Shown in pieces: positions 10,701-21,643 of a stretch of 64,000 nucleotides of DNA. Positions within the stretch are counted from its first letter, which is position 1. Every line of letters starts with the position of its first letter. The stretch is from an uncultured Chloroflexia bacterium (GTDB lineage: Bacteria > Chloroflexota > Limnocylindria > Limnocylindrales > CSP1-4). The notes under the pieces are model-generated. The model did no database searches. It was not told the origin of the DNA and saw nothing but the letters and a program-made list of their open reading frames with translations. Location of the stretch: positions 1,888 through 65,887 of the forward strand of contig CAWDHT010000010.1 in NCBI GenBank assembly GCA_963802165.1, written 5' to 3'. A program made the position numbers and the translations under genes.

Positions 10701-11816
10701 TCAGGGGCCGGCTGGCGGCTCCTCGTCGTAGGTATCGGCTTCGAGGGCATCGCTGGTCTCGTACCGGGTCACGAGGAACAGGATCAGGCCGAAGATCACG
10801 GCCAGACCCATGAAGGCATACAGCTGCCCCGTGCCGGACAGGACGAAGCTGAGCACGGCGAGCAGGATGCACAACCCGTAGATGACGAGGACCGTCTGGC
10901 TGTGCGACAGGCCTAGGTCCAGCATCCGGTGATGGATGTGCCCGCGGTCGGGCGTGAACGGCGAGCTCCCGGCCCGCATGCGACGGACGATGATCCAGAA
11001 GGTGTCGATGATCGGCACGCCCAGCACCAGCAGCGCCACAGCCACCTTCGCCGTCCCCAGGATCGACAGGACCGCAAGGGTGTAGCCCACGAACATCACG
11101 CCGCTGGTTCCGATGAAGATCGACGCCGGGTGGAAGTTCCAGCGCAGGAACCCCAGCAGCGCCCCGGCCAGACCGAAGCATAGGATGCCGATGAACGGCT
11201 GCCTGATGTCCGTCGTCAGCGAGATGAGCCCCAGGGTCGCGGCCGCGATCAGTGCGATGCCGGAGGAGAGGCCGTCGAGGCCGTCGATGAAGTTGATGCT
11301 GTTGATCATCCCCAGGATCCAGAGCACCGTGAACCCGATCGCGAACGGTCCGGTGAGGACGATGTTCCCCGGCCCGAACGGGTTCGCGATGAAGGTGACG
11401 ATGATCCCGGCCAGGACCGCGACCAGGGCGAGGACAAGTTGGCCGAGGAGCTGCCATCGAGCACGGAGCTGGAAGGTGTCGTCGAGGACACCGAGCAGCG
11501 TGGCGAAGGCGCCGCCGGCCAGGAGCCCGACCATCTCCGCGGGCTCGATGCTGCGCGGCACCGGCACCGTGCCCGTCTGGCCGTTGAGCCAGATGCCGCC
11601 GAGGGCGACCACCAGGAACGAGATCGCTACCGCCACGCCTCCGCCCCGCGGCACGGGCGCCTCGTTCACGCGCCGCCCTCCCGGGTGGTCGACGTTGCCG
11701 AGGCGAATCGCGATGCGGCGCACCAGGGGCGTGATGACGAGCGCCAGCAGGGCGGCGACGACGAAGGCGGCGGCCAGCAGCGGCAGGTAGTCCCCGACCG
11801 TCGGGATCAGCCGCAT
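10701..11816 (-). CDS. wecA: UDP-GlcNAc:undecaprenyl-phosphate GlcNAc-1-phosphate transferase (MraY/WecA family)
   Basis: 371-aa polytopic protein with GT4-family sequence (…INSINFIDGLDGLSSG…). Its position before the atp operon matches the actinobacterial rfe-atp synteny. Confidence 0.85.
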   Translation of the reverse strand: MRLIPTVGDYLPLLAAAFVVAALLALVITPLVRRIAIRLGNVDHPGGRRVNEAPVPRGGGVAVAISFLVVALGGIWLNGQTGTVPVPRSIEPAEMVGLLAGGAFATLLGVLDDTFQLRARWQLLGQLVLALVAVLAGIIVTFIANPFGPGNIVLTGPFAIGFTVLWILGMINSINFIDGLDGLSSGIALIAAATLGLISLTTDIRQPFIGILCFGLAGALLGFLRWNFHPASIFIGTSGVMFVGYTLAVLSILGTAKVAVALLVLGVPIIDTFWIIVRRMRAGSSPFTPDRGHIHHRMLDLGLSHSQTVLVIYGLCILLAVLSFVLSGTGQLYAFMGLAVIFGLILFLVTRYETSDALEADTYDEEPPAGP

Positions 11817-11831
11817 CGGCCCGTCCGGAGC

Positions 11832-13214
11832 CTAGGCGCGATCGCGCGGGAGGCCGGGGACCGGGAACCGGGTGACGAGCGCGCGGACGTCCTCCCGGAT
11901 CCGCGCGTGGACCGCCGCATCGTCACGACCCGTGATCGCCTCGACGACCAGGTGGCCGATCGTGCGCATCTCGTCGACGCCCATCCCCCGCGTCGTCGTC
12001 GCCGGCGTGCCGATCCGGATCCCGGACGCGACGTTGGGCGGGTTCGCGTCGAACGGGATGGCGTTCTTGTTGACCGTGATGCCGACGTCGTCGAGGAGGG
12101 TCTCCGCATCGCGTCCGGTCACGCCCATCGGGGTCACGTCCACGAGCGCGAGGTGATTGTCGGTCCCGCCGCTCACGAGGCGCGCACCCGCCCCGGCGAT
12201 GGTCTCGGCGAGGACGCGGGAGTTCTCGACCGTGCGGACCTGGTCCCGGCGGAACTCGTCCGTGGCGGCCAGGAGGAGCGCCACGGCCTTGGCGGCAACG
12301 ACCTGCATCAGCGGACCGCCCTGGACACCCGGGAAGACGCTCTTGTCGACCGCCTGGGCGAGCGTGTTCCTGCCCAGCGCCGGGAAGCTGGCCCGGTCCA
12401 CGCCCTCCGGCAGGTCCGACCTCGCGAACACGAGGCCGCCGCGGGGCCCGCGCAGGGTCTTGTGGGTCGTGGTGGTCACGAGGTCCGCGTGGGGGAACGG
12501 GCTGGGGTGCAGGCCTGCCGCGACGAGCCCCGCGATGTGCGCCATATCCACGAACAGCAGCGCCCCGATGCCGTGGGCGATGGCCGCCATCCGCTCGAAG
12601 TCCCAGATGCGCGAGTACGCCGACGCGCCCGCGACGATCACCTTCGGCCGCACCTGCGTCGCCTGCGCCTCGAGGACGTCGTAGTCGATGCGCTCCGTCT
12701 CGTGGTCCACGCCGTACGCGTGCACCTCGTACAGCCGGCCTGAGAAGTTGACCGGTGATCCGTGGGTGAGGTGACCGCCGTGGGCCAGGCTCATGCCCAG
12801 GATCCGGTCGCCCGGCCGCAGCACGGAGAAGTAGGCGGCCATGTTCGCCTGGGCGCCGGAGTGGGGCTGGACGTTGACGTGGTCCGAGCCCGGAAACAGG
12901 GCGAGGGCCCGGGCCTTGGCAAGGTTCTCGGCCACGTCCACGTGCTCGCAGCCGCCGTAGTACCGCCTTCCCGGCAGGCCCTCGGCGTACTTGTTGGTGA
13001 GCCAGGAGCCCTGCGCCTCGTTCACCGCCTGGAAGACGTAGTTCTCGCTGGCGATCAACTCGATCTTGTCGGTCTGCCTGCGGCGCTCCGCCTCCATCGC
13101 GGCCCACAGCTCGGGATCCACCTCGGCGATGGACGCCCATGCTGCGGACGACACGCTGGCCTGGGACACGGCGGAGACCTCCTCGGGCTCGGGGCGCTGC
13201 AACGGAGTGGCCAT
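11832..13214 (-). CDS. glyA: Serine hydroxymethyltransferase
   Basis: Conserved SHMT sequence including the PLP lysine region (…[15 protein letters not shown]…). The start is set at the ATG at 13214 (MATPLQ…); the ORF track extends it to a GTG at 13376. Confidence 0.92.
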   Translation of the reverse strand: MATPLQRPEPEEVSAVSQASVSSAAWASIAEVDPELWAAMEAERRRQTDKIELIASENYVFQAVNEAQGSWLTNKYAEGLPGRRYYGGCEHVDVAENLAKARALALFPGSDHVNVQPHSGAQANMAAYFSVLRPGDRILGMSLAHGGHLTHGSPVNFSGRLYEVHAYGVDHETERIDYDVLEAQATQVRPKVIVAGASAYSRIWDFERMAAIAHGIGALLFVDMAHIAGLVAAGLHPSPFPHADLVTTTTHKTLRGPRGGLVFARSDLPEGVDRASFPALGRNTLAQAVDKSVFPGVQGGPLMQVVAAKAVALLLAATDEFRRDQVRTVENSRVLAETIAGAGARLVSGGTDNHLALVDVTPMGVTGRDAETLLDDVGITVNKNAIPFDANPPNVASGIRIGTPATTTRGMGVDEMRTIGHLVVEAITGRDDAAVHARIREDVRALVTRFPVPGLPRDRA

Positions 13215-13276
13215 TGTCCCACGGGTCGCGGGGGCAGGGTTCGGGCGCCGGGAAGACGCCCCATGCGAACGCGGCC

Positions 13277-13936
13277 CTAGGGCTCGATGGCGTGGAGCAG
13301 CCCCGCACGCTCGAGCGTCTCCACGATCAACTCCGCGGGGATCGCCCCCTCGCGCCTGATCACCGGCAGGTCCCACGTGCAGTCCACGACCGTGGAGGCC
13401 TGGCCGCCGTGGATCGGACCGCCGTCGATGACCAGGGCAAGGGCGTCGCCGAGGCGCGCAGCGATCTCCTGCGCGTCGCGTGCGTCCGGCTCGCCTGACA
13501 CGTTCGCCGACGTCGTGGGCAGTGGGCCGAGCGCGCGGGCGATCGCCCGGGGAGCGTCGTGGTCCGGCACACGCACGCCGATGGTCGGCGATCCGGCGGC
13601 GAGCACCCGTGGCAGGACCGCGCCGGGACGGACCGGCAGGACCAGCGTGAGGCCGCCCGGCCAGAACCGCTCCGCCAGCACTCTGGCGTGCGGCGTGAGC
13701 TCGCCCAGCGTCGCCGCCTGCTCCATGTCGGCAAGGAGGACCGCGACGGCCTTCTCGGGCGGGCGGCGCTTCGCGGCGAAGAGCCGCTCGATGGCATCGG
13801 GGAGCGCGAGGTCTGCCGCGATCCCGTAGACCGTATCGGTGGGCACCGCGACGATCAGCCCGGCCCGCAGGAGGTCCACGGCCTCGCCGCGGGCGACGTC
13901 ACCGTCCGGGAGGATCCGGGGGAGGGCGGGCGTCAC
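13277..13936 (-). CDS. tsaC: L-threonylcarbamoyladenylate synthase (YrdC/Sua5 family)
   Basis: 219 aa with YrdC-domain motifs (…[12 protein letters not shown]…, …[11 protein letters not shown]…). It sits in the conserved prfA-prmC-sua5 position. Confidence 0.85.
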   Translation of the reverse strand: MTPALPRILPDGDVARGEAVDLLRAGLIVAVPTDTVYGIAADLALPDAIERLFAAKRRPPEKAVAVLLADMEQAATLGELTPHARVLAERFWPGGLTLVLPVRPGAVLPRVLAAGSPTIGVRVPDHDAPRAIARALGPLPTTSANVSGEPDARDAQEIAARLGDALALVIDGGPIHGGQASTVVDCTWDLPVIRREGAIPAELIVETLERAGLLHAIEP

Positions 13937-14904
13937 GCCGCGGTCCCGGCGGCGATGGCTGCCTGGATCGCGCGGGCCTCCTCGGCCAGGCGAGCCGCGT
14001 GCCGCGCGGCCGTCTCGGGCGAGGCCAGCACCAGCGCCTCAACGAGCGCTGCTGCTCCGTCGGAATCGACCGGCGCGGCGACGTAGCGGGCGGCGAGCTG
14101 CACCTCCGCGGGCGCAGTCGCCATCGCGGCCCCGTGACCCGCGTCGACGATCATCTCTAGGTCGTTGAGCGCGTCGCCCATCGCCAGGACCTGGCCCATC
14201 GGGATGCCGGCGCGGTGCGCGAGCCAGGCGACGGCACGGCCCTTGGACACGCCGGGCGCCACGAACTCGAGGAAGCGCGGGTGCGAGACCGTCGGGCTCG
14301 CCCGTCCGGCGAACAGCTGCCGGGCCTCCTCGATCAGCGCCATCGGCCGCCCGGGCTCCCCCACCGCGATGACCTTGCTCATCGGCGTCCGGATGTCGGT
14401 CGTGAGATCCCTGACCGTCTCGGCCTCGCGCCCGAGGTACGCGGAGTAGTCGGCGAAGTTGGGGTCGCCCGCCTGCACGATCATCCGCTCGACGGTGTTG
14501 ATGTGCGGGTTGAGGCCGTTCGCGAAGCACCACCGCACCGCGTCGGCGATGACGTCCGGCGCCATGGGCTGGTGCGACAGGATCCGCCCGATGCGGCCCC
14601 GGCGCGGGAGCGGGCCAGCCTCGGTCCGCGCGGATCGGGCCGGCATCGCGCGGACGATGGCGCCCTGGTGTCCGATGATCGGCTCCTCGAGCCCGAGGCG
14701 GTTCGCGAACACGACCGCGGACGTGGGCATCCGCCCCGTCGCGAGCGACACCTTCACGCCGCGCCGCACCGCCTCGCCGATCGCCGCCACCAGCCGCTCC
14801 GAGAGCTCCATGTCCTGGCCCACCAGCGTCCCGTCGATGTCAAGGGCCAGCATCCGGATCGGGAACACGGGGTCGGGCCGGGTCCGCGGGCGATGGTCCC
14901 TCAT
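13933..14904 (-). CDS. HAD-superfamily hydrolase, Cof-type (IIB)
   Basis: An LALDIDGTLV motif I and a later GDALNDLEM motif. Its ATG at 14904 overlaps the prmC stop (ATGA). Confidence 0.75.
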   Translation of the reverse strand: MRDHRPRTRPDPVFPIRMLALDIDGTLVGQDMELSERLVAAIGEAVRRGVKVSLATGRMPTSAVVFANRLGLEEPIIGHQGAIVRAMPARSARTEAGPLPRRGRIGRILSHQPMAPDVIADAVRWCFANGLNPHINTVERMIVQAGDPNFADYSAYLGREAETVRDLTTDIRTPMSKVIAVGEPGRPMALIEEARQLFAGRASPTVSHPRFLEFVAPGVSKGRAVAWLAHRAGIPMGQVLAMGDALNDLEMIVDAGHGAAMATAPAEVQLAARYVAAPVDSDGAAALVEALVLASPETAARHAARLAEEARAIQAAIAAGTAA

Positions 14905-15830
14905 GGCCGTGCCGCCCCACCGCTGCGCGGCGGCTCGATCCGGGCGAGCCGCGGCAGGCCGGCCAGGTCAGCCTGCACCTGACAGTGCCAGCCCGGCAGC
15001 AGCTCCGCGACGGCGGCGGGGAGGACATCCCCCTGGTCGAAGCCGATCTCCAGCAGGGCGATCCCGTCATGCTCGAGCACCTTCGGCAGCCGGTCCAGCA
15101 GGCGGCGGATCTCGTCCAGCCCATCCGCGCCGCCGTCGAGCGCCAGGCGCGGCTCGAACTCGAGGTCCCTCGCCAGCCCGTCCAGCGCTCCCGTCGCCAC
15201 GTACGGGAGGTTCGCGCAGATCACCGCGTAGGGCGTGTCGCCGATGGTCAGCAGGTCGCCCTCGCGGAAGCGCATCCGGTCGGCGACCCCGTGACCCGCG
15301 GCGTTCTCGCGCGCCAGGTCCAGTGCCTCGGGGCTGATGTCCACCGCGGTGACCAGCACGTGCTCGTCCATGCGCCGCCTGCGCAGGGCCGCGATGAGCG
15401 CCACGGCGATCGCACCCGTCCCCGTCCCGACGTCGGCCACGCGCAGCGGCGGGGTGCCCGCGGGGCGGGGCGCGGCCGAGAGCCGGTGGACCACGGCGGC
15501 GATCGCCTCGTCCACGAGGAGCTCCGTCTCGGGTCGTGGGATGAGCGCGCGCGGGTCGGTGGCGATGGCCTGGCCGTGGAACTCCCGGAAGCCGCGGATG
15601 TAGGCCACGGGCTCGCCGGCTTCCCGGCGGGCGACATACCCCTCGAACACCGCGACCGCCGTTCCCGGGACCGGCGCGTCCGGGTGGGCCAGGACGCCAG
15701 TCCTGTCAACGCCCAGGGCGAACCCCATCAGCAGCTCGGCGTCGAGCCTGGCGGAGTCGATGCCCGCAGCCGCAAGGCGCTCGGTGGCGCGTCGGACCAG
15801 GTTGGAGACGGAGGGGGCTGCGTCGGACAT
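14901..15830 (-). CDS. prmC: Release-factor glutamine N5-methyltransferase
   Basis: MSDAAPSVSNL… with a VADVGTGTGAIA SAM motif and NLPY (NPPY-type) motif. It lies directly downstream of prfA. The ORF track fuses it into a longer ORF; the start is set at the ATG at 15830. Confidence 0.85.
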   Translation of the reverse strand: MSDAAPSVSNLVRRATERLAAAGIDSARLDAELLMGFALGVDRTGVLAHPDAPVPGTAVAVFEGYVARREAGEPVAYIRGFREFHGQAIATDPRALIPRPETELLVDEAIAAVVHRLSAAPRPAGTPPLRVADVGTGTGAIAVALIAALRRRRMDEHVLVTAVDISPEALDLARENAAGHGVADRMRFREGDLLTIGDTPYAVICANLPYVATGALDGLARDLEFEPRLALDGGADGLDEIRRLLDRLPKVLEHDGIALLEIGFDQGDVLPAAVAELLPGWHCQVQADLAGLPRLARIEPPRSGGAARP

Positions 15831-15856
15831 GCCGCTACGGCCTGGCTTGCGTCTGC

Positions 15857-16984
15857 TCAGGATCGGGCGGGGGCGCCGGCGTCCGGCCCATCGTCTGACT
15901 CCGTGAGATCCCTGAGGCGGTCCGCCTGGTCCGCCATGACGAGCGCGTCGATCAGCGGGTCCAGCTGGCCCTCGAGGACGCCCGGGACGTTGTGGATCGT
16001 CGTGCCGATCCGGTGGTCGGTCACCCGGTTGTCGGGGAAGTTGTAGGTCCTGATCTTCTCCGATCGGTCGCCCGCCTGGACCATCGTCCGTCGCTCGGCG
16101 CTCTGCTCCTCGCGCTGCTTCGCCAGCTGCAGGTCGTACAGGCGGGAGCGGAGGACCGCCAGCGCCTTGGCCTTGTTCTTGTGCTGGCTCTTCTCGTCCT
16201 GGATCTCGACCACCAGCCCCGTGGGCAGGTGCGTGATCCGCACGGCCGAGTCGGTGGTGTTGACGGACTGGCCGCCCGGGCCCGAGGCGCGCTTGACGTC
16301 GATCCGGAGGTCCCGGGCCTCGTCGATCTCGACTTCGACCTCGTCCACCTCGGGCAGGACGATGACGGTCGCCGTGCTGGTGTGGATACGGCCGCTGGAC
16401 TCGGTCGACGGGACGCGCTGCACCCGATGAACGCCGCCCTCGAACTTGAGCCGGCTGTAGGCGCCGTCGCCGGCCACCTCGAGGATCGCCTCCTTGATGC
16501 CGCCGATCCCGGTCTCGTTGAGGCTCATGAGGTCCGTGTGGAAGCGGTGCTCCAGCGCATACCGCGAGTACATCCGCAGGAGCTCGGCCGCGAACAGCGC
16601 CGCCTCCTCGCCCCCGGCGCCCGCCCGGATCTCGACGATGACGTTGCGATCGTCGTTGGGATCGCGCGGGATGAGGGAGACCTTGAGGTCCTCGATGAGC
16701 CGCGTCTCCCGTGCCTCCAGCTCCGCGACCTCGTCGCGGGCCATCGCCTTCATCTCCTCGTCCGTCTCGGCGTGGAGCATGTCGAGGGCGCCGGCCAGCT
16801 GCTCGCGCACGTCGCCCAGCTCCCGGTACGCGGCGACGACGGGTTCCAGCCGGGAGAGCTCCCTGCCCAGCCTCCGCAGCTGGTTGGGATCGGAGAGCAC
16901 CTCGGGCGTCCCCAGCTGCCGGCCGACCTCGTCGTACTGGCGCGCGAGGCCCGCGAGCTTGGTGTCGAGGCTGGTGTCCGCCAT
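15857..16984 (-). CDS. prfA: Peptide chain release factor 1
   Basis: 375 aa with a GGQ motif (…[21 protein letters not shown]…) and a PxT-containing RF1 domain. Intact. Confidence 0.95.
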   Translation of the reverse strand: MADTSLDTKLAGLARQYDEVGRQLGTPEVLSDPNQLRRLGRELSRLEPVVAAYRELGDVREQLAGALDMLHAETDEEMKAMARDEVAELEARETRLIEDLKVSLIPRDPNDDRNVIVEIRAGAGGEEAALFAAELLRMYSRYALEHRFHTDLMSLNETGIGGIKEAILEVAGDGAYSRLKFEGGVHRVQRVPSTESSGRIHTSTATVIVLPEVDEVEVEIDEARDLRIDVKRASGPGGQSVNTTDSAVRITHLPTGLVVEIQDEKSQHKNKAKALAVLRSRLYDLQLAKQREEQSAERRTMVQAGDRSEKIRTYNFPDNRVTDHRIGTTIHNVPGVLEGQLDPLIDALVMADQADRLRDLTESDDGPDAGAPARS

Positions 16985-17001
16985 GGTGGTCCGGGCCGCC
17001 G

Positions 17002-18042
17002 TCAGCCGGCGACGGGAGGGTCGATCGCGGCGGGTACGGTGGCCTCGCCCTCGGCTGCCTTCGCAGAGATCCCGGCGTCTGCCTGCTCCTGCGCGGCGCG
17101 GACGCCCGCCGCGGTCTCGCCGGGCCTGGGCATCGGCTCGCGGGCCAGGTCCAGGCCGCCCTCGGGAATGGCGTCACCGTCGGCCCTGATCGCCTCCTCG
17201 AGGGACACGATCGCGATCTCGATCATGTCGTCGGTCGGCTGCTTGGTCGTGATCTTCTGGACCAGGATCCCGGGCCACATGACCACCTTGACCACCGGGT
17301 TCGAGCGGTGGCGCGCGCCGAGGCGCAGGAGCTCGTAGCCGATCGCCGCGATGACCGGGATCAGCAGGATCCGGCTGGCGATCATGACCAGCGGCGTCTG
17401 CCGGCCGACCAGGCTGAAGGCCAGGATCGACAGCATGATCACCACGACCAGGAACTCGGTGCCGCAGCGCTGGTGCGCGGTCGGGTACTTGCGGACGTAC
17501 TCGGGGCGGAGCGGGTCGCCGGCCTCGAGCGCGTGGATCGTCATGTGCTCCGCGCCGTGGTACTGGAAGACGCGGTGGATGTCCGGCGTCCGGCTGATCA
17601 CCACGAGGTAGCCGATGAAGATCGCGATCCGGGTCAGCCCCTCGACGAAGTGCTGGACGAGGTCGTTCTCGATGTTGCCGGCCGTGACGCTCGCCACCAG
17701 CAGCGGCAGGATGAAGAACAGGCCGATGCCCAGGACGGCGGTGATGCCCAGCATCAGGGCGACGCTGCCCTTGCCGATCTCGACGCCCTCCTCCTCGGCC
17801 TGGAGGCCGGCGGAGCGGATCAGCCAGCGCGTGCCCACGACGAGCGTCTCGTACAGGACGACGAGGCCGCGCACGAACGGCCACTTGGCCGCGCGGTGCC
17901 CGTGCACGGTGCCCGAGTCGAGGCGCTCGTGCTCGTAGACGATCCGGCCGTCGGGATGGCGCAGGGCAACCGCGATGGCGTCGCGGCCGCGCATCATGAC
18001 GCCTTCGATCAGCGCCTGACCGCCGTAGTTGAAGCGGGGCAT
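17002..18042 (-). CDS. DUF1385 (YqhQ-like) membrane-associated protein
   Basis: …[18 protein letters not shown]… and surrounding sequence are typical of the DUF1385 proteins that commonly precede prfA. Confidence 0.8.
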   Translation of the reverse strand: MPRFNYGGQALIEGVMMRGRDAIAVALRHPDGRIVYEHERLDSGTVHGHRAAKWPFVRGLVVLYETLVVGTRWLIRSAGLQAEEEGVEIGKGSVALMLGITAVLGIGLFFILPLLVASVTAGNIENDLVQHFVEGLTRIAIFIGYLVVISRTPDIHRVFQYHGAEHMTIHALEAGDPLRPEYVRKYPTAHQRCGTEFLVVVIMLSILAFSLVGRQTPLVMIASRILLIPVIAAIGYELLRLGARHRSNPVVKVVMWPGILVQKITTKQPTDDMIEIAIVSLEEAIRADGDAIPEGGLDLAREPMPRPGETAAGVRAAQEQADAGISAKAAEGEATVPAAIDPPVAG

Positions 18043-18075
18043 CCGCGAAGTCTACCGGGTGAGCGTCCTTCGACC

Positions 18076-18087
18076 GTCCTGCAGGAC
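18076..18087. promoter_or_regulatory. Perfect 12-bp palindrome GTCCTGCAGGAC in the divergent promoter between the DUF1385 gene and the Rrf2 gene; candidate Rrf2 operator
   Basis: Seen directly in the sequence, 46 nt upstream of the Rrf2 ATG at 18133. Rrf2-family repressors bind palindromes and often autoregulate. Confidence 0.35.
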
Positions 18088-18132
18088 TGTCGCGCCTCGG
18101 CGCGCTGCGCCGTTCGGACGCATACTCCGGCG

Positions 18133-18576
18133 ATGCGTCTCGAACTGACCAAGCGCGGCGACTACGCCGTGCGCGCGATGCTCGCCCTGACACGCGGGTC
18201 CGGGAACGGGTTGCTGTCCGCGCGGCGGATCTCCGACGCGATGGGCATCCCCGTCCGCTTCCTGCCCCAGGTGCTCGCCGACCTCCAGCGCGGTGGGCTG
18301 GTGGAGGCCGCCCCCGGCCGCTCCGGCGGCTACCGGCTGGCGCGGGATGCGTCGGCGATCAGCCTCCTGGACGTGATCGAGGCCGTGGAGGGCGACTCCC
18401 GCCGGCAGTCGTGCGTGCTCCGCGGCGGTCCGTGCGGCGCTGACGGCTTCTGCGACGTCCACGAGGTGTTCTTCGAGGGGCAGGAGGCACTGCGCGGCTA
18501 TTTCGCACGGTCGATGCTCTCCGATCTCGCCGCCCCCGCCACCGGCGAGGCCCTGCTGGCCGCACCCGAGGCCTGA
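18133..18576 (+). CDS. Rrf2-family transcriptional regulator (IscR/NsrR-like; three C-terminal Cys)
   Basis: MRLELTKRGDYAVRAMLALTR… winged-helix followed by C-x7-C-x5-C (SCVLRGGPCGADGFCDV), a typical Fe-S ligand arrangement. Confidence 0.85.
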   Translation: MRLELTKRGDYAVRAMLALTRGSGNGLLSARRISDAMGIPVRFLPQVLADLQRGGLVEAAPGRSGGYRLARDASAISLLDVIEAVEGDSRRQSCVLRGGPCGADGFCDVHEVFFEGQEALRGYFARSMLSDLAAPATGEALLAAPEA

Positions 18577-18609
18577 CGACGCGGATCGTCCGCGTCGTCG
18601 CCCCGCGCC

Positions 18610-19739
18610 TCAGCGGCCGGCCTGTAGCGCCTCCGCGGCCAGCGCCACCGTCGCGACGACGGCCACCGCCACGAGCGCCCCGCCGCCCGCCGCAGCCCAC
18701 GCAAGCCCCAGCGGCCACCCGATCGCCAGGAGTGCCACGCCTCCGTTGAGCGCGAGCAGGCGGGGCGTCGCGAACCTGCCCAGGATCGTGCGCTGGAGCC
18801 CGTGCTGCACCGGGGTGCCGGGGCCGATCGATGGCAGCAGGTGGGTCCACGACGCCAGCAGCACCTGCACGATCCAGCCGATGGTGAGCGGCGCCCCCAC
18901 GACCGCCGTCGACCACGCCTCGGGCGCGCGTGCCGTACCGGATCAGCAGCCCGGAGGCCAACGAGACGCCGACGACGAACCACGCCACCCCGGCCAGCAG
19001 TCCGACGGACGCGAACCGGTGCCAGCCGGGATCGGACGTCCAGCGGCCCCGCGCGCGCACGACCTGCGCCGCCTCCAGTGCCGTCGCCAGGGCTCCGACC
19101 ATCACGAGCGCCGCTCCCCCACCGGCAACCAGCCCGGAACCCAGGAGCAGGCCCAGGACGACGATCGGCGTCCCGATCGCGATCCCCAGCACGGCCAGCG
19201 CGGCGCTCCGGCGCGGGACGATCCGCCCGCCCAGGACGGTCGGCAGGAAGTGGAGCAGCGTCGCGACGATGACCAGCGACACGAACCCGATGACGTTCGT
19301 CCAGGCGTGCGCGGGCCGCAGCTGCCCCCACCGCTCGAGGATCGGTGCCCAGCCCGCGACGAAGAGCATGCCGAGCACGCCGCCCACGGCCACGTTGACC
19401 AGCGCCAGCGTGTAGCCGAGCGAGACGAGCGGGCGCCGGACCATGAGTCCCTGTCCGGCCGGACGCCCGGACCGCGAGCGCGAGCCAGAGGATCCCGGTC
19501 AGGTAGATCCAACCGCCGGCGACAGGCGCCCACGCCCAGGCCTCGCCGGGCGCGATGCCCCGCACCGCGACGAGCGCCGCGCCCGCGGCCACGAACCCGA
19601 CCGCCGCCTTGCGCAGGCGCGACGGCGCCGGCGCGCCCGCCGCGAGCGCCGCGACGAAGAACGGCATGACGCCGGCGATCGCCGTGGACGCGCCTCCGGC
19701 GAGCGCCAGGTGGAGCGGCAGCCACGGCGACAGGACGGC
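18610..19739 (-). CDS. Polytopic membrane protein (~375 aa) split over three reading frames; possibly NnrS-like
   Basis: Hydrophobic segments continue from frame C (19739-19457) to frame A (19444-~18920) to frame B (18900-18610), which implies two 1-nt indels. The family assignment is tentative and rests only on genomic context (between Rrf2 and nirK). Confidence 0.4.
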
Positions 19740-20018
19740 GCGCCCCGAGGCCGCCCGCGAGGGCGGCCAGCAGCGCCGCGACCAGGAAGCCCGCGGCCAC
19801 GGTGACCGACGACCATCGCGATCCGGCGGTCGTCGGCGCGTCGGGGCCCGGGCTGGAACGGGCCGCCCGCCGGGCGCGGAGCCGTGGGCGCCAGCGGGAC
19901 GGCGAGCGGCGGCCGGGAGGGCGGCTCCCGCGGTGGGATCGCGGTCGGCCTCCCGGCGCCTCGGCATCGGTCGCGGCGATACGGGCCGGGTGGCCCCCGG
20001 GCAACGGGTCGCTTGTCA

Positions 20019-20060
20019 TCTGCTCAAATACATACTAAGTTAGTGATAGTTAGACCCGCA
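20019..20060. promoter_or_regulatory. AT-rich island upstream of nirK carrying an 11-bp inverted repeat ACTAAGTTAGT (20034-20044)
   Basis: A sharp AT-rich stretch (…ctgctcaaatacatactaagttagtgatagttag…) in an otherwise ~70% GC context. Candidate promoter/operator. Confidence 0.25.
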
Positions 20061-20159
20061 CACCGCCCCGGGCGCGGACCCCGGCATCGGGATGCCGGAC
20101 CGCCGGCAGCGGGACCCGGACGGGGAACGACCGGGTCATAGCGAAAGGACCCAGAGGAC

Positions 20160-21571
20160 ATGCGTCTCCATCGCCTCGCAGTCACCCTTGTCGCTGGTCG
20201 CCCTCACCGCCACGGCCTGCACGTCGGCCAAGGCCCCGGGCTGGACGTTCCCAGCGGCCACCCCTGCGGGTGCCCCCGCCTCGCGGCCCCGGCGCCGGCG
20301 TCGACAAGCCCGCCGGCACCCCGGGCGCCGCCCAGGCCGCGACGACGGGCACGATCGAGATCGAGAGCTTCGACCTGGGCTTCAAGCCGGCGGCGATCAC
20401 CGTCCCGGCGGCGGGCACGTACGAGGTCAGGTTCGTCAACACGGGCTCGATCATGCATGACGTCACCTTCGCCGATGGCACCGTGATCGCAGCCGAGGCC
20501 GGGCAGACCGCGACCGGCAGCGTGGCGATCCCCGCGGACGGCCTCGGGTTCATCTGCGCCGTCCCGGGCCACAAGGACGCTGGCATGGCCGGCGCGGTCG
20601 GCGTCGCAGGCGGATCGATGGCCGGGATGGGCGAGCAGCCCGCCGCATCGTCGGCACCGGGCGCCGCTGCAGCTTCGACCCCGGTCGAGGACCCGAATGC
20701 GCCGCCCTATGCGTTGCGCGACCCGAAGGCCCCCGCGCTGGCGGAGGGCACCGTGCATGACTTCGACTTCCCGATCATCGAGAAGGACATCACCGTCGCC
20801 ACGGGGTTCGTGGTCCACGCGTGGACGTTCGGCGGCACCGTGCCCGGCCCCGTGATCCGCGTGAAGGTGGGTGACACGGTCAACGTGAACCTCACCAACA
20901 CGGGCGAGATGAGCCACTCGATCGACTTCCACGCGTCCGAGACTGCCATGAACCACCAGATGGTGGAGATCAAGCCGGGCGGGACGTTCACCTACACCTA
21001 CAAGGCCAACTATGCCGGCGTCTGGATGTACCACTGCGGCACCGCGCCGACGCTCCACCACATCGCGAACGGCATGTACGGCATGGTCATCGTGGAGCCC
21101 AAGGAGGGCCTGCCCAAGGTCGACCAGGAGTTCGCCTTCGTCCAGGGCGAGTGGTACCTGGGTGCACAGGGCGAGCCGTCCGACTACGCCAAGGCGAACC
21201 AGACCGCCGCCGCCCCCGACTTCGTGGTCTTCAACGGCATCGCCAACCAGTACAAGGACAACCCCGTCGCCATCGAGCCGGGCAAGCCCGTCCGGGTCTT
21301 CGTCCTCAACGCGGGGCCCAGCATGGACAACTCCTACCACGTGGTGGGTACGATCTTCGACCAGGTCGTGAAGGAGGGTGTCTGGCTCAAGCGCGGCAAC
21401 GACGGAAACTGGGGCTCGCAGGCCGTCGACCTGGCGCCGGCGCAGGGGGCGATCATCGAGTTCACCGCGGCCGAAGACGGCATGTACCCGTTCGTCACCC
21501 ACGCCTTCAACCTCGTGACCCACGGCGCCATCGGGATCTTCTCCGCAGGCGACGGGGACCCACTCAACTAG
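20160..21571 (+). CDS. nirK: Copper-containing nitrite reductase NirK with an N-terminal cupredoxin (plastocyanin/azurin-like) domain and a lipoprotein-type signal peptide; N-terminus frameshifted
   Basis: NirK ligand motifs (HSIDFHA, MYHCGTAPTLHHIANGMYG) plus an extra type-1 Cu site (FICAVPGHKDAGMAG) in the N-terminal domain. A lipobox peptide (PLSLVALTATAC) is encoded in a different frame at 20170-20240, which implies an indel near 20240-20290. Confidence 0.85.
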
Positions 21572-21643
21572 CGTTCCCCTCCCGTGCACTCACCGGCGGT
21601 CGCCTTCCCCGGGCGGCCGCCGGTGAACCCGTGCCCTGCAGGG

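Noticed and set aside
14901-17177. 758-aa minus-strand ORF fusing prmC, prfA and upstream sequence
   Set aside because: A lack of stop codons in this frame creates a run-through. The real genes are prfA (15857-16984, own frame) and prmC starting at the ATG at 15830.
16711-18576. 621-aa plus-strand ORF covering the DUF1385 region
   Set aside because: Only its last 147 codons (from the ATG at 18133) form the Rrf2 regulator. The rest is antisense to DUF1385 and prfA and is Arg/Pro-rich junk.
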